A DNA stretch of 45,603 nucleotides from Methanomicrobiales archaeon (GCA_028678905.1 JAJRCO010000019.1:1-45603); one strand, 5' to 3'. Shown: positions 15,382 through 24,588, counted from the stretch's first letter. Program-made: numbers and translations. Notes: generated from the letters alone by a model not told the origin.

Positions 15382-16737
15382 CTATCGCCTGCCAGGATGC
15401 CCCAGATCCTGCAGCAGGAGCCCCTGGGCTACAATCATGTGTTCCAGTTCCCCGATGTCGACGCTCTCGTTGGTCCCATGGATGCGGGACAGGGCCAGGT
15501 CCGCGCACCCCCACAGGATGAACTCCGCGTGGGGTACCGTCTGACGCAGGACTTCAAGGAGAGGAATGGAGCCCCCCGCACCGATCTCCCGGGCCGGTCG
15601 GTGAAACGCATGTTCCAGGGCGGATCGTGCTGCAGCGAAGCCGGGGCCATGCGTGGGGCAGACGAAACCCGGCGATGCACTCACCTTCTGGATCTCCACC
15701 TGGACGTTCCATGGTGCAGCATCCCGCAGGCGATCCATGAGAAGGCGCAGTTCGAGATCCGGATCTGCCCCCGGTGCGATGCGCATGCTCACTGCGGCGG
15801 TCGCTGCGGGGATGAGTATGTTGGAAGCCTCTTTCACGGAGGGAGCATTAATCCCGATCACCGATGCCGAAGGTTTTGACCACAGTCGTTCGCTCAAAGC
15901 TCCTGAACCGATTAGCTCCACTCCCTCCCGGACGCCGGCCATCTCCCGAAAGAGAGTTTCAGGAAATTCGGTGACGGGGGGTGGCCCGGTCCGGAGACCC
16001 CGGATCTCCACCTCCCCCTTCGCATTATGGAGGGTGGCAAGCATCCTGATCAGGGCGACCAGGGCGTCGGGCGCCGCACCCCCAAAGGAGCCGGAGTGCA
16101 CCGGGTGATCCAGGGTAGCAACGCCGACCCGGCAGGAGACTTCGCCCCGCAGCGTGGTGGTGAGCACCGGTTCCCCGATGGTCAGGTTTCCGTTATCGGT
16201 CACGATGAACAGGTCGCACTGGAAAAGGTCCGGATGGCTTTGGATGAACGCCGGCAGATGGCCGGTGGTCTCCTCTTCTCCTTCGATCACCACCTTCACT
16301 CCCACCGGCAGCGGACCTGAAAAACAGCGGATACTTGCGGCGTTGATGAGAATCCCGGATTTGTCGTCCGCGGCTCCCCGCCCGTATAGACGGCCGCCTT
16401 TTACTACACCCTCCCACGGTTCTGTGTTCCAGCCCTCCTTCTTCGCCGGCTGGACGTCGTAGTGGGCATACATGAGCACAGTCGGTGCTCCGGGTGGTGC
16501 CAGGATCTCCCCGTAGACCAGCGGGTACCCCCCAGGAATTTCGATCTGCCGGACGTTCGGAACCCCGTAGCGGTGGAGAAGATCCATCGTGGCCTCTGCC
16601 ATGCGGTACACCGGTTCGGAAGGATATCCAGGGAACGCAATAGAAGGATAGCCGACGAGTACGGAGAGGTCTTTTATCACCTCCGGCATCATTCCTTTGA
16701 CCGTTTCTTCAATACGCTGGCTTTTCATGGTCAACAA
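15382..16737 (-). CDS. M20 family metallopeptidase (dipeptidase/deacylase-like)
   Basis: The 451-aa ORF has M20 motifs: LMYAHYDVQPA and YGRGAADDKSG. Confidence 0.8.
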   Translation of the reverse strand: MLTMKSQRIEETVKGMMPEVIKDLSVLVGYPSIAFPGYPSEPVYRMAEATMDLLHRYGVPNVRQIEIPGGYPLVYGEILAPPGAPTVLMYAHYDVQPAKKEGWNTEPWEGVVKGGRLYGRGAADDKSGILINAASIRCFSGPLPVGVKVVIEGEEETTGHLPAFIQSHPDLFQCDLFIVTDNGNLTIGEPVLTTTLRGEVSCRVGVATLDHPVHSGSFGGAAPDALVALIRMLATLHNAKGEVEIRGLRTGPPPVTEFPETLFREMAGVREGVELIGSGALSERLWSKPSASVIGINAPSVKEASNILIPAATAAVSMRIAPGADPDLELRLLMDRLRDAAPWNVQVEIQKVSASPGFVCPTHGPGFAAARSALEHAFHRPAREIGAGGSIPLLEVLRQTVPHAEFILWGCADLALSRIHGTNESVDIGELEHMIVAQGLLLQDLGHPGRR

Positions 16738-16866
16738 TCTCCTTACAGATGGCGCGAAACGGCTCCAAGGATGATGGCTGTATCAGGAGTGTCCCGTACT
16801 CAAACTACTTCAATATATCTAGAACTTCTTCGTCAGATCATCTGAGGATTAAAGTCAGGAAGATTT

Positions 16867-18015
16867 CTACTTGGACTCCTGCAGAACGCGGATCAGGGTT
16901 CGCATTCCTTCCTCTCCCACGGTTTTTTGGCTTCCGTGCATCATGTCGAAAAATCCGATGCCCAACATCGCCGCGACGGGGCGCTCCAGCATCCCACCCA
17001 GGATCAGATCGACCTTTTTTTCACGGAGTTTCTCGACAATGAGGTTCTGATCAGGCTCGACAAGGATTTCGCACTGTACCATCCCTCGGAGGCGTTCTTC
17101 CGTCCCCAAATCGAAGTCCAGCACGATCAGCGCCGGCTCTATGCCCAGCTCCTGCAGGAACCGGGTGAAGGCAACCGCCCGGGTCGGTCCCCCGATAAGG
17201 GCAATTCGTCGTGGCGGGATGGGAGGAAGTGCCGGACAATCCAGTCCTTCCGCCCCCTTGGAGATGCCCAGAGCATCCTGCACACTGTTGCAGAACTGAC
17301 GGGTGGCTCCCGCCCCGATGGGCAGCTCCACGATGAGAAACGGCGTACCATACTTTTCCCGGAGCAGTTCAGCTGCCTCCTTCCCGGAGGATTCACAGAG
17401 AACGACGTTCAGTGCGGCCGAACTCATCCGTTCGATCTCAAACCGCGAGGCACCCGCGGTGAGCACGGCGATGATCGATACCCCCATCCGGCCGAGAAGG
17501 GAGACCAGCTCCCGCAGATCGGGACCACTCCGCAGAACCCCGAGAAGATTCACCGACCGGAGGACGATGCTTCCATGAGCCACAGTGAGTTCGTCCACCA
17601 GACTGCGCAGGGTTTCGCTGTGGCCCTGGCGGAAGTCTCCCTCAAACCCACCGGCCTCGATCCCTATCACCCGGGCCCGGGTGCGCGCTTCGCGCGCTAC
17701 AGACGTAACATCCTCCCCGATGATACTGGAGGCACAGCAGGAGAGGACGGCGATAAGATCATAGGATCCGGTGGTATCCAATTCCTCGATGGCCTCCCGC
17801 AGTCGGTCCTCTGCACCGAATATCACGTCATGCTCATCAAGGCAGGTAGAATAGACCTGGGAAGGGCGATCCCCCCGCATGCCCAGAATATAATTGATGT
17901 GATAGACGCATCCTTTCGGCCCATGCACCAGGATCGCGCACCGCTTCAGGGTGCCCAGTGCCTTGATAGCTCCGAAGAGCCGGCAGGTACCTCTCGGGAT
18001 CCGGACGGCTTTCAT
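16867..18015 (-). CDS. cfbD: Ni-sirohydrochlorin a,c-diamide reductive cyclase subunit CfbD (nitrogenase NifD/NflD-like, coenzyme F430 synthesis)
   Basis: The 382-aa ORF shows the nitrogenase component-1-type oxidoreductase pattern (RGTCRLFGAIKAL...ILVHGPKGC...DVIFGAEDRL...SCCASSIIGED). Size and sequence fit the single-subunit methanogen NflD/CfbD. Confidence 0.75.
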   Translation of the reverse strand: MKAVRIPRGTCRLFGAIKALGTLKRCAILVHGPKGCVYHINYILGMRGDRPSQVYSTCLDEHDVIFGAEDRLREAIEELDTTGSYDLIAVLSCCASSIIGEDVTSVAREARTRARVIGIEAGGFEGDFRQGHSETLRSLVDELTVAHGSIVLRSVNLLGVLRSGPDLRELVSLLGRMGVSIIAVLTAGASRFEIERMSSAALNVVLCESSGKEAAELLREKYGTPFLIVELPIGAGATRQFCNSVQDALGISKGAEGLDCPALPPIPPRRIALIGGPTRAVAFTRFLQELGIEPALIVLDFDLGTEERLRGMVQCEILVEPDQNLIVEKLREKKVDLILGGMLERPVAAMLGIGFFDMMHGSQKTVGEEGMRTLIRVLQESK

Positions 18016-18025
18016 AAATCTGCAC

Positions 18026-18313
18026 TCATCTCCATCGTTTCAGACCCGGGATGATCGAACGAGTGACCCCTTCCGCGCGGGACCGTGGCATGCCGGTGCG
18101 GTGGGAAATCTGTTCCACCACTTCGCTGACTATCTCCTCCAGAGTGAGATCGCGACGGGTAAATTTTCCCTCCGCATAGCACGTGATGCAATAGTCTTCA
18201 TTCCGGGTACCGTCCGCGTTGGTGCCGAAATCCTCCTCCCGGACCAGGGGCCTCGCACAGCTCTGGCAGATCGGCCAGAGGAGATCACTCTCCATTAGCC
18301 GGATATTTCGCAC
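18026..18313 (-). CDS. Zn_ribbon_2-family putative zinc-ribbon protein
   Basis: CQSCARPL...FGTNADGTRNEDYCITCYAEGKFT...PGLKRWR matches the remembered PF12674 pattern. The likely start is MESDLL at 18295. Its stop lies 10 nt before the cfbD start. Confidence 0.6.
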   Translation of the reverse strand: MRNIRLMESDLLWPICQSCARPLVREEDFGTNADGTRNEDYCITCYAEGKFTRRDLTLEEIVSEVVEQISHRTGMPRSRAEGVTRSIIPGLKRWR

Positions 18314-18386
18314 TCCTGCCGCTAAAAGGATCGCCTCATACCAAAAAGGAACGATTTATACGTTGTTTGATCTACCTTTCGTATCC

Positions 18387-19067
18387 ATGCGCCCCTTGGT
18401 AGTGGTAAATGTGGCGATGAGTGCGGACGGAAAGATCTCCACTCGCGAGAGAAGACAGGTGCGCATATCTGGAGCCATCGACCGGGCACGGGTGGACCGG
18501 CTGAAGGCGGAAAGTGACGCGATCATGGTGGGTATTGGCACCGTGCTGGCCGACAATCCGTCCCTTACCGTCAAATCTTCAGAACTCCGTGAACAGCGAG
18601 TGAAAAAAGGGCTGGAAGAAAACCCTATTCGTATCGTCGTGGATAGCCTGGCCCGGACCCCCCCGGATGCAGATATCCTCCACAAGGGGAGGGGTTCCCG
18701 TATCATCGCGATCTCTGATAAGGCTGACTCTAAGGCAGTAAAAGCACTCACACGCCATGCAGAGGTGATTCGGGCGGGGAGCGAAGAAGTTGATTTGAGG
18801 GAACTTCTGGAGAAGCTGGGGGACCGGAGGATACACTGCTTGATGGTGGAAGGCGGGGGGCGACTGATCGGGGCTCTCTTCCGTACGCACCTCGTGGACG
18901 AACTTTATACCTACGTGGGGAACATCGTGATCGGCGGGGATGGATCCCCTACTCCTTCTGACGGGCCTGGTTTTCTGCGGGAGGAGGAGTTCGTGCATCT
19001 CCACCTCGTTGAGACTTCTTCGCTGGAAGAAGGTGTCCTCATCCATTGGAGGGTGGAGAAAAAATAG
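18387..19067 (+). CDS. arfC: 2,5-diamino-6-(ribosylamino)-4(3H)-pyrimidinone 5'-phosphate reductase (archaeal riboflavin pathway, RibD C-terminal type)
   Basis: Reading from the internal ATG at 18387 gives MRPLVVVNVAMSADGKISTRERRQVRISG...IMVGIGTVLADNPSLTVKS...RIVVDS...CLMVEGGGRL. This is collinear with the MJ0671-type reductase. Confidence 0.8.
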   Translation: MRPLVVVNVAMSADGKISTRERRQVRISGAIDRARVDRLKAESDAIMVGIGTVLADNPSLTVKSSELREQRVKKGLEENPIRIVVDSLARTPPDADILHKGRGSRIIAISDKADSKAVKALTRHAEVIRAGSEEVDLRELLEKLGDRRIHCLMVEGGGRLIGALFRTHLVDELYTYVGNIVIGGDGSPTPSDGPGFLREEEFVHLHLVETSSLEEGVLIHWRVEKK

Positions 19068-19069
19068 GG

Positions 19070-19549
19070 TTATGCGTGGCTGAAATAATCGAAAGTCTGA
19101 TCCCAGACCCGGAACCGTTGGCCGGAAAAAAGGGTTACGGTTATTACAACCCGATCCACCTCATCTCTTGCAACCGTAAATTCCTCTTCACTGCCCACTT
19201 TTGCATCGAGTGATCTGGTTTCGAACTGTCCGTTTGGTCGGATAAAGGTGATCTCCATGGATTGCACCTGGCTCTGGCCGGATCCTCCACGGAACACCAC
19301 CACAACAGTGGGCTTTATCAGACTTGGACCCGCGTTAACCTCAAAACTCAACGTCGCTCCCCCGGGGAGGGTCTGGACAGGACCGGGTGTGAGAGAGAGC
19401 CCTACCGTTGGTATTACAGTGGTGGGATTCGGAGTGGTCGGGGTGGTGATGGGGGGTCCAGAGGGCTGGTTACCCGCGCATCCTGCACCGACTGCGAGGA
19501 GGGCCACCGTACAGAGAAGGAGAATGATCTGGAAAAGTCTCATGGTCAA
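19070..19549 (-). CDS. Hypothetical secreted/lipobox protein with Pro/Thr linker
   Basis: The 159-aa ORF has the signal MTMRLFQIILLLCTVALLAVGAGCAGN and then PPITTPTTPNPTTVIPT. I recognised no family. Confidence 0.55.
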   Translation of the reverse strand: MTMRLFQIILLLCTVALLAVGAGCAGNQPSGPPITTPTTPNPTTVIPTVGLSLTPGPVQTLPGGATLSFEVNAGPSLIKPTVVVVFRGGSGQSQVQSMEITFIRPNGQFETRSLDAKVGSEEEFTVARDEVDRVVITVTLFSGQRFRVWDQTFDYFSHA

Positions 19550-19626
19550 TGGATTATGGATACTAGGTTATGATTGTTGCGAGATGATTCGCAAGCATTT
19601 TTAAGTCACAATAAGAACCTTCCTTC

Positions 19627-21216
19627 ATGAACCTACGACAACCGAATGCAAATGAGGCTACGCTGACGGCGAACCGCTCCCGGGATGTCTCCCCAATGTC
19701 CGGGATCTGTTCCCGCTGCATCGATGGATGCAAGGGGCTGTGTGAGATCTGGCTCTCCACCTTCAGAGGAAGAGAAGTACTCTATCCGGGCCCCTTCGGA
19801 GAGATGACCGCGGGGTCTGACAAGATATATCCGATAGACTACTCACACCTCAACATCCAGGGGTATGCACTGGGTGCGAAGGGGCTTCCCAAATCGGTGG
19901 AGGCAGGGCCCGACACCGCGGTATTCTACAACGTAGATACCGAGACCTCTTATGGATGGGACAAAAAAGTCAAAATGAAATTACCCATCTTCACCGGCGC
20001 GCTAGGTTCGACCGAGATCGCCCGCAAGAACTGGGACCACTTTGCCATCGGTGCCGCTATCTCCGGTATCACCCTGGTCTGCGGTGAGAACGTCTGCGGT
20101 ATCGATCCCGGGCTGGTTCTGGACAACAAGGGGAAAGTCACCAAGTCTCCTGAAATGGACCGCAGACTGGAGATCTACCGGAAGTTCCACGAGGGGTACG
20201 GGGAGATCCTCGTTCAGATGAACGTGGAAGACACCCGCCTGGGGACCGCCGAGTATGTGTCCTCTAAGCACAACCTGGACACCATCGAGCTGAAATGGGG
20301 TCAGGGTGCAAAGTGCATTGGGGGCGAGATCAAGGTCAAAAGCATCGAACGTGCCGCCGAACTGAAAAAGAGAGGGTACATCGTCCTCCCCGATCCTACT
20401 CGCCACGACATGCAGGTCGCGTTCAAGGAGGGCGGTATCAAGGAGTTCGAACGCCACTCCCGCCTGGGATTCGTCAGCCAGGATGGCTTCATGAATGAGA
20501 TCGACCGGCTGCGGGATATCGGTTTCAAGCGGATCACCGTGAAGACCGGCGCGTACTCCATGCGAGAACTCGCCATGGCCATGCGCTGGGGCGCCGATGC
20601 AAAGATTGACCTGCTGACCATCGATGGTGCGGGCGGCGGAACCGGTATGAGTCCCTGGCCCATGATGAACGAATGGGGTATTCCTACCTTCTACCTCCAG
20701 GCGCTCACGTATGAATTCTGTGAGACCCTGAAGGGAAGAGGCATCCGGGTGCCCGATATCGCCATCGCTGGGGGATTTGCCGACGAAGCCAACGTGTTCA
20801 AGGCCCTCGCCTTGGGCAGCCCCTACGTGAAGGCGGTGTGCATGGGTAGAGGTCTCATGATCCCTGGCATGGTTGGTAAGAACATCGGCGAATGGGTCAA
20901 ATCAGGAAATATCCCGCCAAATGTCGCCAAATACGGAAAGACTCTTCCTGAGATCTTCCTCCTCTACGAGGAACTGAAAGAGAAGTACGGAAAGCGGTTC
21001 GAGGAGATCCCGACCGGCGCCATGGGCATCTACACCTATGCGTCCCGGTTCCGCACCGGTCTCCAGCAGATCATGGCTGGAAGCAGGAACTTCGCGCTCA
21101 ACACCATCTCCCGCAAGGACCTGATGTCCCTGACCGAAGAAGCCACCAAGGTCTGCGGTATCCCCTACGTGATGGACGCCTATCGCGAAGAGGCCGAGCG
21201 GATCCTCGGAGATTAA
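19627..21216 (+). CDS. Glutamate synthase-related FMN-binding protein (GltB domain-2 family)
   Basis: 529 aa. It has an N-terminal Cys cluster (CSRCIDGCKGLCEIW), a TIM-barrel FMN region (TIDGAGGGTGMSPWPMMNEWGIP) and IAGGFADEANVFKALALG, as in archaeal GltB-like proteins. Confidence 0.75.
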   Translation: MNLRQPNANEATLTANRSRDVSPMSGICSRCIDGCKGLCEIWLSTFRGREVLYPGPFGEMTAGSDKIYPIDYSHLNIQGYALGAKGLPKSVEAGPDTAVFYNVDTETSYGWDKKVKMKLPIFTGALGSTEIARKNWDHFAIGAAISGITLVCGENVCGIDPGLVLDNKGKVTKSPEMDRRLEIYRKFHEGYGEILVQMNVEDTRLGTAEYVSSKHNLDTIELKWGQGAKCIGGEIKVKSIERAAELKKRGYIVLPDPTRHDMQVAFKEGGIKEFERHSRLGFVSQDGFMNEIDRLRDIGFKRITVKTGAYSMRELAMAMRWGADAKIDLLTIDGAGGGTGMSPWPMMNEWGIPTFYLQALTYEFCETLKGRGIRVPDIAIAGGFADEANVFKALALGSPYVKAVCMGRGLMIPGMVGKNIGEWVKSGNIPPNVAKYGKTLPEIFLLYEELKEKYGKRFEEIPTGAMGIYTYASRFRTGLQQIMAGSRNFALNTISRKDLMSLTEEATKVCGIPYVMDAYREEAERILGD

Positions 21217-21220
21217 TCTC

Positions 21221-21284
21221 CTCTTTTCTAATTTTTAAATCAATAATTTCCGGTTCGAGCACGGCTTAAGTTATTTTTATTTTG
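21221..21284 (+). terminator. Oligo-T archaeal terminator candidates after the gltB-like gene
   Basis: The runs ctcttttctaatttttaaat and ttatttttattttg lie within 70 nt of the stop codon. Confidence 0.4.
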
Positions 21285-21458
21285 AGATCGCACCACCCTG
21301 CAGAATTTCTCGACAGATCACGCCCCTGTTGATTCGGGGGACGTAACATCGCCACTACCCTGTATCGCTGCCTTCGATCCAGGGGCGTTCTTTTTCCGCT
21401 GCCAGCAGATTTATCATGATCGATGGACATCTACCGTTCGATCGGGTGATCGGAGACC

Positions 21459-22886
21459 ATGTACCATCGTATTCTCACCGCACTGGATGGATCGGGACCC
21501 TCCAATCTTGCCGCCGATACCGCCTTCCACGTCGCCGCCGCCGGCACGGATGTACAACTGCTCGGATGTCACGTCTATGCGGCCCGAATGCACTATACCC
21601 GCTTCGGAGAGATGGAGCCGGGGTTGCCTGAACAGTACCAGGAAGGAGAAAAACTTACCCAACTGCGGCAGACCCATGACGGTCTGATTTCAGAAGGAAT
21701 GAAGACCATTTCTGATGCCTATCTCGATGCTCTCCGAAAGGCCACAAAGGATAAGAACATATCCTGGGAGAGCATCACGCCCGAAGGAAAAAATTACGTA
21801 GAGTTCCTGCAGGTCATCGGGACCAAGCATCCGGACCTGGTGGTGATGGGCTCCTGCGGCCATGGCCGGGTTCCCGAATCTGGGCTGGGCAGCATGGCAG
21901 AACGGATCCTCCTCTATGCTCGGGACACGGATCTGCTCCTGGTCAGGAGACCCTGGGAGTTCAGGGGGCGACCCATCGTGGTAGGGATAGACGGGAGCAC
22001 GGACAGTTATGCAGCGCTGGCACGGGCTCTGGAGATCGCCCGCCAGGAGCAGGCCCGGGTAGACCTGGTTGCGGTGTTCGATCCATTCTTCCATTCGGGG
22101 GTGTTCCGCTCTATTGCTGATGCCCTGCCGGAGAAAAAGAAGGAGCAGTTCAATTTTTCCGCCCAGGAGAAGCTGCACGATGAGATCATCGACCGCGGTC
22201 TGGAGAAGCTGTACGAGGAAAAACTCCTCCAGGGAAAGGCATTGGCCGCGGAACAGGGGGTAGAGGTCCGCATCCACGTACTGAAAGGCAAGGTCTTCTC
22301 CCAGCTTCACCATTATGCCATGCTGGAGAGGGCGGCGCTGCTCGTCGTAGGGAGATGGGGGCTGCATCGGGAAAGGATCTCTACCATCGGTTCCCACACC
22401 TTGAATCTCGCCCGTATCTGCGATACCAACCTACTGGTGGTGGCTCCCTTCAGAGAGACAGTACCTGTCCCCGCCGTTCCCCGACAGGAGGCGACCACTC
22501 TTTCCTGGAGTCCTCCAGCGGAAAAGGCGATGGAACAGGTGCCAGAATTCGCCCGCGGAATGGCCAGAAAAGCGGTAGAACTGTACGGCCGGGAGAATGG
22601 ACTCGGGGAGATCACCCCGGACACCGTAAATGTCGTGGCCGGAAGATTTGGAATGCAGATCTCCCCACCCCCGAATTCCACAGCGTCAGTTACCAGAGAT
22701 GCGGAGACCATCGTATTAAGAAAGATCAAAAGACTGGCCCCAGACTTTCACCGTCACATTGTAAAGTCCCGCATCATAGGCCAGGAGATCAAGAAAGGTG
22801 ACCATATTCTGGTCTACGAGGTGGAAGAGACGAGTCCTCCGGGTATGGTGAAGGTCACCGAACGGACCTCACTGGAGTTCCGGTGA
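21459..22886 (+). CDS. Tandem universal stress protein (USP-USP) fused to a PCP_red-like domain
   Basis: 475 aa. Two USP modules are present (MYHRILTALDGS...DLVVMGSCGHG and RPIVVGIDGS...LLVVGRWG). They are followed by LSWSPPAEKAMEQVPEFARGMARKAVELYGRENGLGEITPDTV, which resembles the BchB C-terminal PCP_red domain (PF08369), and then an unassigned tail of about 75 aa. Confidence 0.7.
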   Translation: MYHRILTALDGSGPSNLAADTAFHVAAAGTDVQLLGCHVYAARMHYTRFGEMEPGLPEQYQEGEKLTQLRQTHDGLISEGMKTISDAYLDALRKATKDKNISWESITPEGKNYVEFLQVIGTKHPDLVVMGSCGHGRVPESGLGSMAERILLYARDTDLLLVRRPWEFRGRPIVVGIDGSTDSYAALARALEIARQEQARVDLVAVFDPFFHSGVFRSIADALPEKKKEQFNFSAQEKLHDEIIDRGLEKLYEEKLLQGKALAAEQGVEVRIHVLKGKVFSQLHHYAMLERAALLVVGRWGLHRERISTIGSHTLNLARICDTNLLVVAPFRETVPVPAVPRQEATTLSWSPPAEKAMEQVPEFARGMARKAVELYGRENGLGEITPDTVNVVAGRFGMQISPPPNSTASVTRDAETIVLRKIKRLAPDFHRHIVKSRIIGQEIKKGDHILVYEVEETSPPGMVKVTERTSLEFR

Positions 22887-22887
22887 C

Positions 22888-23829
22888 ATGACTCCGATTG
22901 TGGTGCAAGGGGTGTGCAAGAATTTTGGTGCTCTCCAGGCGCTAGACGGGATCAGCTTTGCGGTGGAAGCGGGAGAGATATTCGGTCTGCTCGGATCCAA
23001 CGGTTCAGGCAAATCGACGTTGCTGCGCATTCTCTCCTTACTCATCGCTCCCAGCCGCGGAACGATTTCCATGCTGGGGAGGCAGGTGCAGAAAAAAGAT
23101 TCTTCCCTCCTGCGCCAGATGGGAGTGGTATTCGACCAGACTCCCCACTACGAACACCTCACCGGATTCGAAAACGCGTGGTTTTTTGCCCGTGCTTACG
23201 AAGTCGGGGATACGGAAATCGAATCGCGGCTCAGGCACTTTTTCACCGCTCTAGATCTCTGGGAAAGAAGAGACGATCTAGTGGGCATCTACTCCCATGG
23301 GATGAAAAGAAAACTGGCCCTCATTGAGGCGCTGGCCCACCATCCCCGGGTGATCCTGCTCGACGAACCCTCCCTAGGCCTCGATTATCACTCCCGCATG
23401 TCCCTGTATCAGCTCCTGCAGGAGCGGGTACAGTCCGGGTCGTCCATCATCATGGCCACGAACGATGTGCACGAAGCCCGGCTGCTCTGCGATCGGGTGG
23501 CATTGATGAGGAAAGGGCGGATCCTGGCGGTGGAGACTCCTGATGCCTTGATCGGATCGCTGGGCGGGTATGCCATCCTGGAAATGCGGCTGGACCGGCC
23601 GATCCCCTTTGATCTCCTGAAAGGAGTGCCGGGGATCGCCCAGTCCGAGGCGACCGTGAGGGAGAACGGGAGTTACGGGATCCGGATCCTGGCCCGTGAC
23701 GACCCTCGCATCCTGCCCACACTTCTTGCAGAGATCACCCCCCACGCTTCACTCATCGGACTGGACATCAAACGTCCGGATCTAGGCGATGTCATGCTCC
23801 GCTTCGGAGGAGGAGCTGATGCGTCCTGA
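22888..23829 (+). CDS. ABC transporter ATP-binding protein (ABC-2/DrrA-like)
   Basis: 313 aa with Walker A GSNGSGKST, signature YSHGMKRKLAL and Walker B ILLDEPSLGLD. It starts 2 nt after the USP stop. Confidence 0.85.
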   Translation: MTPIVVQGVCKNFGALQALDGISFAVEAGEIFGLLGSNGSGKSTLLRILSLLIAPSRGTISMLGRQVQKKDSSLLRQMGVVFDQTPHYEHLTGFENAWFFARAYEVGDTEIESRLRHFFTALDLWERRDDLVGIYSHGMKRKLALIEALAHHPRVILLDEPSLGLDYHSRMSLYQLLQERVQSGSSIIMATNDVHEARLLCDRVALMRKGRILAVETPDALIGSLGGYAILEMRLDRPIPFDLLKGVPGIAQSEATVRENGSYGIRILARDDPRILPTLLAEITPHASLIGLDIKRPDLGDVMLRFGGGADAS

Positions 23830-24502
23830 TCGGCTCTGGCAGAGGGAGATCCTCGAGCAGGTCCGCAGGAGACGTTCCTGTGTGGTCAAGTTCGTGCTTC
23901 CCCTGGTGCTTACTGCTCCGCTGCTGCTCCTCCACGTTCCGGAGTCAGTACGGGCGGATGCCTTCACCCTGCTCCTTATCTTCATCGGGGTGTTCGGCAC
24001 AGCGGTGGGACTGATCCGGGCCCGCGAAAGTGGTATGATGGTCCGACTGGCCGTGCTTCCCGCTTCCCCGGCACGCCTCACCGGAGAGTATCTCCTGACC
24101 CATTCCCTGTTCGATGGCCTTCAGTTCCTGGTTCCCCTCCTCCTGATCGCGGCTCCCCGGACCCGCGACCCATTCACCCTGATCGTGCTTGGCCTCACCT
24201 TTTTCATGGTCATCTTCGCGGCGAACGCCATTGGAGGAATGGTGGCCGTGGCGGCGGGATCATCGGGGGAGGGGCATCTCTTTGCTATCCTTTCGGTGCT
24301 GGTAGTGATGGGTCTGTCCGGGCTGTTCAGAGACATCGAGGGAAGGCTGGACCCCGGGATTTTCCTTCCTTTCCACTACTTCCGGGACGTCCTCCTCTCA
24401 TCGGCGTTCCCCATCCCCGGTATCGTTCTCTCCCTCGTCGTTGTGGCGGCTCTGTTTGGGACAACCCTCCTGATCTCGCCCCGCCTCTTCCGGATGCTGT
24501 AG
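23819..24502 (+). CDS. ABC-2 type transporter permease
   Basis: The ORF has about six predicted TM helices and an ARESGMMVRLAVLP motif resembling the ABC-2 EREXGT..L..P motif. The ATG at 23819 overlaps the ATPase stop. Confidence 0.6.
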   Translation: MRPDRLWQREILEQVRRRRSCVVKFVLPLVLTAPLLLLHVPESVRADAFTLLLIFIGVFGTAVGLIRARESGMMVRLAVLPASPARLTGEYLLTHSLFDGLQFLVPLLLIAAPRTRDPFTLIVLGLTFFMVIFAANAIGGMVAVAAGSSGEGHLFAILSVLVVMGLSGLFRDIEGRLDPGIFLPFHYFRDVLLSSAFPIPGIVLSLVVVAALFGTTLLISPRLFRML

Positions 24503-24588
24503 AATAGTGAAAAACCATAAATACTCTAACCCTGTCTTATGCGATTTCGAGAACTGGTCCGCACTGTCGAAATAGTTGATGGAGTACC

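Noticed and set aside
14980-15879. A 299-aa plus-strand ORF spanning the non-coding region and the 3' part of the M20 peptidase gene.
   Set aside because: About 500 nt of it is antisense to a well-supported M20 gene, and the remainder has no motif or RBS. It is more likely chance than a gene.
16927-18054. A 375-aa plus-strand ORF that almost exactly mirrors cfbD.
   Set aside because: The sequence is low-complexity and rich in Arg, Pro, Gly and His, with no motifs. It lies antisense to an ORF with clear nitrogenase-like CfbD motifs. It is a typical shadow ORF of GC-rich DNA.
22888-24502. The ABC pair considered as a CcmAB-type heme exporter, because it lies next to the ahb genes.
   Set aside because: The ATPase is 313 aa with a DrrA-like C-terminal extension. 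The permease motif (ARESGMMVRLAVLP) is the generic ABC-2 motif, not CcmB-specific. The idea is kept only as a low-weight speculation in the USP finding.
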